From Pyrinomonadaceae bacterium (lineage in GTDB: Bacteria; Acidobacteriota; Blastocatellia; Pyrinomonadales; Pyrinomonadaceae): DNA of 64,000 bases. Position 1 is the stretch's first letter, and each line of letters begins with the position of its first letter. The notes beneath the pieces are model-generated. The model did not search any database. It was not told the DNA's origin and worked only from the letters and a program-made list of their open reading frames with translations. A program made the position numbers and the translations under genes. Shown one piece after another: positions 8,858 through 17,317 of this stretch. The stretch covers positions 5,362,970 to 5,426,969 of the forward strand of contig OY970389.1 of assembly GCA_963720235.1 (NCBI GenBank), written 5' to 3'.

Positions 8858-10186
8858 TTATTTTTTCATTGACCGAACGCCGCTCAACAATCTGCGCGCA
8901 ACTGTCGAACGCGGGTTGTTCTTCAACTCCGCTTGAAACTCTCGCTCCGCCTCGTCTAGCAAGCCCGCACGCGCGTAAAGCACGCCCAAGCCCAAATGAT
9001 AATTTGGAAATGCGCGCTTCAAGCTTTTCAGTTCTTCATTGGCGGTCTGGTCCAGAATCTTGAATTTGGCTTGCGGGGCGGGCATCGCGGGCGAGGTGAT
9101 TTGTGCGCCGTCTTTGATGGCGGTGACTTGCCACGAATAGACGCCTCCACGCTTGAGCTGCACAGGAGCGCGCCATTCTGTTTTGTTGAGCGGCCCGCTC
9201 GTCGCAACTTCATTTAGCTTGTCGTCCACGATGCTGACCGTATAGCTGCTCGCCCCTTCCAGCGTTTGCCAACGAAATGTCGGACTGCTGCTCTGCAACA
9301 CCTTGCCCACCGGACTGAGCAAATGAAACGAAAGCCCGTCGCCTGATTCGCTCAAGAGCGTGCCGCGCGTTCCATTAAGCTCGGCCAGAGCCTTTGGCCG
9401 CTCAAGTCTTTGAGTTGTCAAAGCAGACGCGATGACACGATGTAAGGCTGGCGATAATTTTTCTATATTCACCACATCGCCTTGAGCCGTAGTGGTTTCA
9501 TGTGCGCCGTCCGGCACATTCGAGTTCGGAGCGGAAGCGCGCTCGCCCGTGCCGCCTATCGCGTCTTTATCGGTCGGAGAGGGCTGCTCTGCTGGGGTAT
9601 TTGCGAGAGGCGCGTTGGTGTTGTTTTGATTCGCGCGCTCATCTCGCGCGGGCTGTGATGTTCTGGTGCGTATGAGAAGCAATGTGATTAAGATTAACGC
9701 GACTGCCACGAGCAGCAGCGCGGCAAACTGTGCCGGACGACCTAGAGCCGTGAAGAAAGCAAAGAAGCCCGCGCTGTTTTTATGTCCGTAGATTTCTTCC
9801 GGTCTGCCGATGGTCTCTGCGGCGGGTGCGACTGCGGCGGGTGCGAGTTCTTCCATGAAGGCGGCGCGGAAATCTTCTACGGCACGCACGCATTCTTCAC
9901 AGACTTCCATGTGGCTTTCAGCTATCTCAAGGGAAACGTCGTCCAGATTTTTCTCGACGTAGCCAGACACCAACGCTTTCGTCAAGTGATAGGCTTGCTC
10001 ATCCGGTTCGGGCAAGAGAGAAGAGAGCAGAGCCTGATAGTCTTCCTTCAGCAGGGCAGGCGCATGGCATTGCTCCGCGCAGGCAGAGCAGCCGCTCACG
10101 TGCCTGTCGATTAAAAGAAAGAGGTTCGGGGCTAAGGCGCGCCTTTGGTATAGCTCCAACTGTTGGGACGATGGATGCTCAAGCAT
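8858..10186 (-). CDS. membrane anti-sigma factor (zf-HC2 N-terminus, one TM, extracytoplasmic Ig-like plus TPR tail)
   Basis: N-terminal H-x3-C-x2-C motif (HVSGCSACAEQC) plus a second Cys/His pair (HMEVCEEC). TM segment FAALLLVAVALILITLLLI. Lies immediately downstream of a sigma factor gene. Confidence 0.7.
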   Translation of the reverse strand: MLEHPSSQQLELYQRRALAPNLFLLIDRHVSGCSACAEQCHAPALLKEDYQALLSSLLPEPDEQAYHLTKALVSGYVEKNLDDVSLEIAESHMEVCEECVRAVEDFRAAFMEELAPAAVAPAAETIGRPEEIYGHKNSAGFFAFFTALGRPAQFAALLLVAVALILITLLLIRTRTSQPARDERANQNNTNAPLANTPAEQPSPTDKDAIGGTGERASAPNSNVPDGAHETTTAQGDVVNIEKLSPALHRVIASALTTQRLERPKALAELNGTRGTLLSESGDGLSFHLLSPVGKVLQSSSPTFRWQTLEGASSYTVSIVDDKLNEVATSGPLNKTEWRAPVQLKRGGVYSWQVTAIKDGAQITSPAMPAPQAKFKILDQTANEELKSLKRAFPNYHLGLGVLYARAGLLDEAEREFQAELKNNPRSTVARRLLSGVRSMKK

Positions 10187-10273
10187 ATTTTCATTCGCTC
10201 TGAGGTCTTTTCCTCAAGAGAGAGGTTTCGTTCTAGCCAGACGTTGATTTTTAGAAATATTACTACCGCCTGT

Positions 10274-11359
10274 TTATCTTTGCAGAGAATTCATGCGTCG
10301 CATCAATCTGTCGCGCGCGCTGCGGCGTAAGTTAATCACCTGCTGGCGCGTGACGCCTAAGTATTCTGCCAGACTTAAATCATCAAGCGGCAGCTTGCTC
10401 CACAGGGATTCAAACTCCTGCAAAGGTATCTCTAAAACAGCCGCAAGCTGCTCAAACGTCGCCACGCGCGTCGCAGGGAAAAGCGTAATTACATTAATTC
10501 CTTGCTGATTTTTCAAATTGCAGAGCAGAGCCACGCGCTGGCGGCGCGGCAAGAGCTGTATCTCTGACCACAACTGCTCAAGCAGTTGGTGGTATTCGAC
10601 GAGCGTGTCAGGATTCGGTTGAAGACTGACTAATCTCTCCGACAGCGAATTGTTTTCTACGTCAACGGATGTCGCGGGCGCGTCTTCGATGCCGCGCAGT
10701 TTGGCGACGATGGCGGTCAGTTGGTCAAGCTCGATTGGAAATCCGAGAATCTGGAAAATAATTGTTATCAGCTCAGAGAGTTCCAGACGGTGAAAATCAA
10801 CGCTCTCTAATTTTCCTGATAAAGCCTCAAGCGGATTGCCTTGAGGCCGCGCCTCGCTGCCGTGTGAAGCAGACTTGCGCTCTCTTTCCCAGTCGGCCAA
10901 ACCTGCGAGCCATCCTGTGCCGGCTTCTTCCCACAGCGCAAGCTCTTTGCGGCTCGTCAAACAGTAACGGATTTTATCTTTTAGGTTACGACGCTGCGGA
11001 TACTTGCGCCGCAAATATTCATCGCAGGCATTGCGTGCAGTGGTGGCGACGTAGCTCCGCAGATTAGTGATAGCTTTATCGCCCGGCTGGCTCTTCAACT
11101 TACGCAGACGCTTCAAGAGATGCAGTTGTATCTCATTATAAACTTCTTCTATATCCTGATTGCGGTAACTTTCCTCTCGCTGGTTGAAGTCCCATTGCAG
11201 CTTGTAGCGAAGTATTTGCCGGACAATCGGATTGATGTGTTCGTTGAGCAGTTGGACCAGAAGAAGCTCTTCTTCCGTCTCTGTGGTCGCCTCTAAAAAA
11301 GGCAGTAGCAGGACATCAATATTTAGAGAGGCTGCCTGCTCTTTATTACTGGAATTCAT
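10274..11359 (-). CDS. sigma-70 family sigma factor, atypically long (361 aa) ECF-like
   Basis: Region-2-like segment (LRSYVATTARNACDEYLRRKYPQR) and region-4 HTH (LSLAEYLGVTRQQVINLRRSARDRL), separated by a linker of about 130 aa. Forms an operon with the anti-sigma factor. Confidence 0.7.
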   Translation of the reverse strand: MNSSNKEQAASLNIDVLLLPFLEATTETEEELLLVQLLNEHINPIVRQILRYKLQWDFNQREESYRNQDIEEVYNEIQLHLLKRLRKLKSQPGDKAITNLRSYVATTARNACDEYLRRKYPQRRNLKDKIRYCLTSRKELALWEEAGTGWLAGLADWERERKSASHGSEARPQGNPLEALSGKLESVDFHRLELSELITIIFQILGFPIELDQLTAIVAKLRGIEDAPATSVDVENNSLSERLVSLQPNPDTLVEYHQLLEQLWSEIQLLPRRQRVALLCNLKNQQGINVITLFPATRVATFEQLAAVLEIPLQEFESLWSKLPLDDLSLAEYLGVTRQQVINLRRSARDRLMRRMNSLQR

Positions 11360-11636
11360 ACAAGCGGCGACACCAAATCGAACTGATTTTAATGTGCGGC
11401 ATCGGCAGGATTGCTATTTCGTCAAGCTATGCCCTCGAAGAGATAACACCTGTAGATGCACTGCTCTTTGACCATACCACAATTTGTCGCCGGATATAGA
11501 GCGACGAATAGCATCAATTTTATCGGGTAAATATTCTCTCACCCTCAAGCCGTCGCTTTATTTCCGGCATAGAGCTTGGTTAGTGGTATTATGTCCTGAG
11601 TTCCCTCATAATACCCGTGTCATATTTGTATTACAT

Positions 11637-11834
11637 AACCCAAGTTGCCAGTTATGAAGCGATGGCGGCTCCTGCCGCCTGCTGTGCGGAAAGTCTGAGA
11701 CTTTCCGCTTCATCTCTGCTCTTAGTTTTAGCGAGGCTCAGCCTCGCACAGGGTTGAGGACACACTTGCCGGAAAAGCAGAGCTTTTCCGCACAGCAGGC
11801 GGCTCAAGCCGTCTATGACTCGCAACTTGGGTTA
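11637..11834. repeat. family-B nested-hairpin element, copy 1 (~200 bp)
   Basis: Terminal inverted repeat TAACCCAAGTTGC / GCAACTTGGGTTA. Internal hairpins GCGGAAAG..CTTTCCGC and CGGAAAAG..CTTTTCCG. Central GCGAGGCTCAGCCTCGC. Related copies at 37555-37735 and 38500-38699. Confidence 0.8.
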
Positions 11835-11972
11835 CATACTATAGACATCAGAAGCCCTGCGAGCTTTCGGTCTCGTCGGGACATGGATTGGAGTCTCTTC
11901 CAGAGGCTCTTTGCGGATGCGTCTCTGATGCTTCTCAGAATTCACGCATCAATTTATTGTTAGTCTGTTTAT

Positions 11973-12365
11973 ATGCCGGACGCGCAGTCGAAGATGAAGA
12001 ATATTTTGGTCGTTGATGATTCGCCGACGATGAGGCGCATGGTGACAGCATCGCTGCGCCCCTTGGGAGATGTCGGGTTTGGCGAGGCCGGCAGCGGTCT
12101 GGAAGCGATTGAGCGGCTGGCTCTCGCGCCTGTGGATTTGATGATTCTCGATTTGAATATGCCGGACATGCACGGCATGGAAGTGATTGAGTTTGTGCGC
12201 GGCCATCAGGCTTATCGCGGCATCCCAATCATTGTGCTGACGACGAGAGGCGATGAGGCGAGCCGCGCAGTAGCGTTGGCCGCTGGCGCGACACACTACT
12301 TAACAAAACCATTCGACCCGCGTGAATTGACAGGATATGCGCGCCGTTTGCTCGATGCAAGTTAG
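11973..12365 (+). CDS. cheY: CheY-like single-domain response regulator
   Basis: REC motifs ILVVDDS, LMILDLNMPDMHG, LTTRG, YLTKPF. First gene of the che cluster. Confidence 0.85.
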   Translation: MPDAQSKMKNILVVDDSPTMRRMVTASLRPLGDVGFGEAGSGLEAIERLALAPVDLMILDLNMPDMHGMEVIEFVRGHQAYRGIPIIVLTTRGDEASRAVALAAGATHYLTKPFDPRELTGYARRLLDAS

Positions 12366-12376
12366 AAGAAAACCCC

Positions 12377-14419
12377 GTGTCCACTTCAAATCCCGACAAC
12401 AATAGCGAGTTCTTCTCACAGTTCCTCGACGATTATTACGCCGAGTGTGACGAGCACCTGACGCTCGTGCGCAGACATCTGCTCGCACTCGAATCGCAGG
12501 TCGGGCAAGCGCATGTCGAGCAGGCTTTACTCGACGAACTTTTTCGCAGCTTCCACACGCTCAAAGGCATCTCCGCGATGGTCGGCCTCGGCGCGGCGGA
12601 ACAACTCGCGCATCACATGGAAAGTTATCTGCGTGCATTGCGCCAGCATGAGACTGTGCTCAGCGCAGAGGGCATTGAAGCGTTGATTGCAGGCACTTCG
12701 ATGCTGGAACAGGTGATTGCCGCGCGACGCAATGAGCAACCTCTGCCAGGTATTGATGCCATCGTCGCGCGACTTGAGATGGTCGCCTCCGACATTTCTT
12801 CACAGCCTGAGCAAGCTGCATTAAAAGAGGATGCCAGCGACAAAGGTTCAGCATCGGTCGAGACGAAGACGAGCGCACAGAATGTTATCGAAGGAGCGAC
12901 CACACGGACTTGGCATATAGAGTTTGTGCCTACTCCCGCGCTGGCCGAGCGTGGCGTTAACGTGAATAGCGTTCGAGCGCGCTTGCAAGAAATCGGAGAA
13001 CTCGTTCAGGCAAAGCCGCAGGTGAGAGCGCAGGGAGAGATTGCTTTTCTGTTCGTGGTCGTGACGGACGCAGATGAATCCGTATTCGCAAGTTGGGGCA
13101 TAGACAATTTAACATTCGCGCCGGTTGATGAGCCTGCGCTAGCCGGCAGCTACACTTTGCCAGGTGAAACTGCTGCGACTCAAGAAGCGGCGGAACTCGC
13201 CGCGCCGGAGGCAGAGTCAGAGTCAATCACGCACAGCGCGATGCTTGCTCCTTCCAATGTCGTGCGTGTTGATCTGTCTCGCCTTGACGAGTTGATGCGT
13301 ATGATTGGCGAGCTGGTCATCAGCCGCGCACGCCTCGAAGACCACTTGAAGAATTTGAAAAGGAACGTGCCAGCAGCCGAATGGCGTGCGCTGCAAGAAA
13401 CGAATCTGGCAATGAGCCGCCAGCTAAGAACTTTGCGCGATGGCGTGATGCGCGTGCGGATGGTGCAGGTCGGTGAGATGTTCGAGCGCATGCAGTTTGT
13501 CGTGCGCGATCTCGCGCGCGAGAGCGGCAAGCGAATCACGCTTGAACTGCTTGGCCGCGATACAGAGATAGACAAATTCCTTGTCGAGCGGATGACAGAC
13601 CCGCTCATGCATCTCGTGCGCAACGCCGTCAGTCATGGACTTGAGACGGCGGACGAGCGCGTGGCGCAAGGCAAACCTGCGGAGGGCAAGCTCACTCTGC
13701 GCGCCGCGACCGCAGGCGAATCTGTGTTGATTGAGATTGCTGACGATGGACGCGGGATAGATAAAGAGCGCGTCGCCGCGCGTGCGCAAGCGAAAGGATT
13801 GATTGCGGCGGGCGCGACGCTGGACGATAAAGCTCTGTTGGAACTGATTTGCGCGCCCGGTTTTTCGACGCGCGACGAGGCGGATCGTGGGAGCGGTCGT
13901 GGCGTTGGCATGGATGTTGTGAGGAACACGGTCGAGGAACTCGGCGGCAGTATTTCATTGGAAACTGAAAGCGGGCGTGGCACACGCTTTATCATCGAAC
14001 TGCCTTTGACGCTCGCTATCGCGGAGGCTCTTATTGTCAGCGTGGACGGGCAAAGATTCGCCGTCCCGCAATCAGCCGTGCGCGAAGTCATAGAGGTCGA
14101 GACTTCGACGGTGAAGGTGTTGGAGAATAACGAAATCATCTCTTATCGCGGCGGAGCGCTGCCGCTCGTTCGTCTCGCGCGACTCTTCGACCTGAAAGAT
14201 AAACGTGAACAAGCTTTTCATGTGTTCGTGCTCGGCAGCGGCGGAGGCGCGCTCGGCATCGCGGTTGATAGGATTCTCGGACAGAGAGAAATAGTGGTGC
14301 GCGGCATCGGCGATCCACTTGTGCAGGTTGCAGGAATAGCTGGCGCGACCGAACTCGGCGACGAGCGGGTTGTGCTCATCCTTGATGTGGCGGCTTTGAG
14401 GCAGTTGGCAACGAACTGA
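12377..14419 (+). CDS. cheA: chemotaxis histidine kinase CheA
   Basis: Hpt domain (FHTLKGISAMVG). Dimerisation region. HATPase boxes (HLVRNAVSHG, DDGRGID, GSGRGVGMD). C-terminal CheW-like domain. Confidence 0.95.
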   Translation: MSTSNPDNNSEFFSQFLDDYYAECDEHLTLVRRHLLALESQVGQAHVEQALLDELFRSFHTLKGISAMVGLGAAEQLAHHMESYLRALRQHETVLSAEGIEALIAGTSMLEQVIAARRNEQPLPGIDAIVARLEMVASDISSQPEQAALKEDASDKGSASVETKTSAQNVIEGATTRTWHIEFVPTPALAERGVNVNSVRARLQEIGELVQAKPQVRAQGEIAFLFVVVTDADESVFASWGIDNLTFAPVDEPALAGSYTLPGETAATQEAAELAAPEAESESITHSAMLAPSNVVRVDLSRLDELMRMIGELVISRARLEDHLKNLKRNVPAAEWRALQETNLAMSRQLRTLRDGVMRVRMVQVGEMFERMQFVVRDLARESGKRITLELLGRDTEIDKFLVERMTDPLMHLVRNAVSHGLETADERVAQGKPAEGKLTLRAATAGESVLIEIADDGRGIDKERVAARAQAKGLIAAGATLDDKALLELICAPGFSTRDEADRGSGRGVGMDVVRNTVEELGGSISLETESGRGTRFIIELPLTLAIAEALIVSVDGQRFAVPQSAVREVIEVETSTVKVLENNEIISYRGGALPLVRLARLFDLKDKREQAFHVFVLGSGGGALGIAVDRILGQREIVVRGIGDPLVQVAGIAGATELGDERVVLILDVAALRQLATN

Positions 14420-14440
14420 GCAATGAAATGATAAAAGGCT

Positions 14441-14917
14441 ATGCATAATCAGAGCGATTCCGAACCCTTCATCCTTTTCGAGCTTGCCGGAACAACTTAC
14501 GGCGTGCGTAGTCGTTTCGTGCAGCAGGTCGAGATGGTCGAGCATGTGACGCCCGTGCCGAACGCGCACACGGCTGTCGAAGGCGTCATGTACGCTCGCG
14601 GCCAGGTGGTTCCGGCTTTGAACCTGCGCGTGCGCTTCGGTTTTGAAAAAGCTCCTTTCGACCTGCGCTCGCGATTGATTGTAGTCAACACTGGCGGGCG
14701 CGTCGTCGGGATGATTGTGGATACGGCGCGGGAATTTCTGAACATCCCGGCAGCCGTCATCGAAGCGCCGCCGGAAGCTATCACAGGGCTGAGCGGAAAA
14801 TATCTGGAAGGCATCGCCACGCTCGACGGACGCCTCGTGCTGATTTTGAATCTCGAAGAAGTGATTGACATCGAGAGCCAGCAAGAAGTGTTTGATGGTG
14901 AGCCGCAAGTAACATAA
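14441..14917 (+). CDS. cheW: CheW coupling protein
   Basis: 158-aa protein with the single-domain CheW pattern (FELAGTTYGV...VVGMIVDTAREFLNIP...LVLILNLEEV). Confidence 0.9.
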   Translation: MHNQSDSEPFILFELAGTTYGVRSRFVQQVEMVEHVTPVPNAHTAVEGVMYARGQVVPALNLRVRFGFEKAPFDLRSRLIVVNTGGRVVGMIVDTAREFLNIPAAVIEAPPEAITGLSGKYLEGIATLDGRLVLILNLEEVIDIESQQEVFDGEPQVT

Positions 14918-15006
14918 ACGCGAGAACCGTGTGCAGGTTGATTATTGACGATGATACTAATGCTGTAAGCTGATGACTCGCAGCCGACAATTAAGGGGAG
15001 ACGAAC

Positions 15007-17256
15007 ATGGCAACTCAAATATCTGACACCGCCTCCGGCAATAGTCCGGGGACAGGCATCGGGCTGGTGCGCCAGCAGGCGGAACAAGTAGCAGACACGG
15101 CCAATCAAATCACGCTCGTCGCGAACGAGATGGCCGAGGGGAGCGAATCGCAGGTGCGCTCGCTCGACGCAGCCGTGAGTCTCGCCAATGAAATGACAGC
15201 TTCGATGGGCGAGACAACCACGCAACTCGAATCCATCGCTACTTCGACGGAGGAACTCGTCTCGTCGGTCAACGAAAGCGCAGCCTCCATCGAACAGGTC
15301 GGCGCAAACTCCGCATCGCTCGCAGCTTCAATCACAGAGACCTCTGCGGCCATCGAAGAGACTGCACGCTCAATCGAGAGCGTCAACTCGACGACGCAGG
15401 AGATGGCGACCTCCGCCGAAGAAGTGACAGGCGCGATGACAGAGATAGCAGCCTCTATCAAGAGCGTCAGCGAAGACACGGAAACTCTCACAGCCTCCGT
15501 CAACGAAACCGCAGTCAGCATGGAAGAGGTAGCGCGCTCAATCGAAAGCCTCTCAGGCAACGCAGACGATCTCAACGTCTCAGCCGAAGAGACTTCTTCG
15601 TCTATCAACGAGATGGCCGCCTCTATCGAAGAGGTCTCTGCGATGACCGAGAATCTGGCCTCGACTGTTGAAGAGGTTTCCACTTCGATGGAAGAGATGG
15701 CGCGCTCTGTGCAGGGAGTCGCGCAGAATTCGGAGCGGATTACGGAAGCCGCGACTGCCGCTGCGAGTAGCGCGACACAGATGGATCGCTCTTTGCGCTC
15801 TGTCGCCTCGATGACCAAACGCGCCGAAGAGGTCACGACGCGCCTGACGCGCGAGGCCGAAGAGGGCGGCGCGGCGGCGCAAAAATCTATACAGGGATTG
15901 ACACGCGTGCGCGAGGCTATGGGCCAGTCTGCGACCGTGATTCGTGAGATGGGCAAACGCTCAGACGAAATCGGCGGCATCGTCAACACCATCAACATCA
16001 TCGCAGAACGCACGAACATGCTCTCGCTGAATGCATCCATAGAGGCCGCGCGTGCTGGCGATGCAGGGCGCGGCTTTGCCGTCGTGGCCGAAGAGATACG
16101 CAACCTCGCAGACCGCTCCGCGCAGGCGACCGCAGACATCAGTGCGATTATCAAGTCGCTTCAGGAAGTTGTCAGGGATGCTATCACGACTGCAAACGAA
16201 GGGACGCGCGTTGCGGAAGAGAGCGGGCGGCTGGCCGAAGAAGGGTCGAGCGGGTTGCAGAAAATCCTGACCGGAATTAACGAGACGGCTCAACTCGTCG
16301 GGCAGGTTGCGCGAGCGACCGAAGAACAGTTGAGCGCAGGCCAGCACGTCGTCACAGCCGTGGACACGACAGCCACACAGGCCAAACAGGTAGCGACTGC
16401 AACCTCCGAGCAGGCGAAAGCTTCGCAGGAAATCGTCAAGGCGACGGCGCAGATGCGCAAGACGGCCAAGGAAGTCAGTCAGGCGATAAACGAACAGGGA
16501 CGAGCCGCGCGCGAGATTATCAAGGCCGCGCAGAACACGACGCTGGTCGCAACTCAAGTGCGCAAGTCTTCGAGCGAACAGGCAGCGGCGGCGAAAGAGA
16601 TTGCGCAGGCCATCGAATCCATGCGACGCGGAGCGGCTACGACCTCCCGCGCGCTCGAAGAACAGGTCACAGCAGGCGAACAGGTCTCAAAGGAAGCGGA
16701 ACGTCTCGCGCGCCAAGTCGCGGGCGTCAGCCGTGCAATGAGCGAGCAGGCTGTCGCCGCTACTCAGATTAGCACCGCTACGCAGAGCATGCGCCAGCAA
16801 TCCGACCAGGTCGCCAAAGCGATGAGCGAGCAGTCGCGTGCGGCGCGCGAGATGACTGCCGCCATCCAAAACATTTCCAAAGAGGTCAAGCTTATCACGC
16901 GCTCCAACCGCCAGCACCTTGGTTCGTCGGAGAAGGTTTTGGGGACGCTCACAGACATTCGGCAGATTACCGAACGCAATGCTCAAGGCGTCAGCGCGAC
17001 CCTGAGCGGCACGACAAACCTGACCGAACACGCACGCCAACTCGTCGAGGTTATGGACAGCATAAGCGCGGGCGATGCATCCGCCAACGGAGACGAGAAG
17101 CGTTCAGCGAAAGCTAAAGCACGCGCTGGTAAAACGCCTCGCTCCTCATCGAAAGAGCGTAGTCGTGGAACTGAAACGAGCGACGGGCAACTAGCAGTCG
17201 GCAACCAATCACCGTCAAGCAGTGTTGAGCCAGCGGGAGAAGATCGCGTTGAGTAA
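15007..17256 (+). CDS. soluble (no TM) methyl-accepting chemotaxis protein, very long all-heptad type
   Basis: Highly conserved MCP hairpin tip [34 protein letters not shown] near residue 340-375 of 749. No hydrophobic segment. More than 20 consecutive [IVM]xExAxS heptads on the N-terminal side. Confidence 0.9.
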   Translation: MATQISDTASGNSPGTGIGLVRQQAEQVADTANQITLVANEMAEGSESQVRSLDAAVSLANEMTASMGETTTQLESIATSTEELVSSVNESAASIEQVGANSASLAASITETSAAIEETARSIESVNSTTQEMATSAEEVTGAMTEIAASIKSVSEDTETLTASVNETAVSMEEVARSIESLSGNADDLNVSAEETSSSINEMAASIEEVSAMTENLASTVEEVSTSMEEMARSVQGVAQNSERITEAATAAASSATQMDRSLRSVASMTKRAEEVTTRLTREAEEGGAAAQKSIQGLTRVREAMGQSATVIREMGKRSDEIGGIVNTINIIAERTNMLSLNASIEAARAGDAGRGFAVVAEEIRNLADRSAQATADISAIIKSLQEVVRDAITTANEGTRVAEESGRLAEEGSSGLQKILTGINETAQLVGQVARATEEQLSAGQHVVTAVDTTATQAKQVATATSEQAKASQEIVKATAQMRKTAKEVSQAINEQGRAAREIIKAAQNTTLVATQVRKSSSEQAAAAKEIAQAIESMRRGAATTSRALEEQVTAGEQVSKEAERLARQVAGVSRAMSEQAVAATQISTATQSMRQQSDQVAKAMSEQSRAAREMTAAIQNISKEVKLITRSNRQHLGSSEKVLGTLTDIRQITERNAQGVSATLSGTTNLTEHARQLVEVMDSISAGDASANGDEKRSAKAKARAGKTPRSSSKERSRGTETSDGQLAVGNQSPSSSVEPAGEDRVE

Positions 17257-17317
17257 GTTAAATAAATTTTGCGGCTGCTCTGCGTGGTCTTATTGCGCTG
17301 ACTTCTAATCGTTAATC

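Noticed and set aside
15105-16154. 349-aa minus-strand ORF (and other long antisense ORFs such as 14072-14908, 14497-15225, 5853-6410, 25030-25578, 46205-46954, 36202-36678)
   Set aside because: All lie antisense within strongly supported genes, are low-complexity (Ser/Ala/Arg-rich) and have no start-site signals. They are shadow ORFs produced by GC-rich, repeat-rich coding sequence on the other strand.
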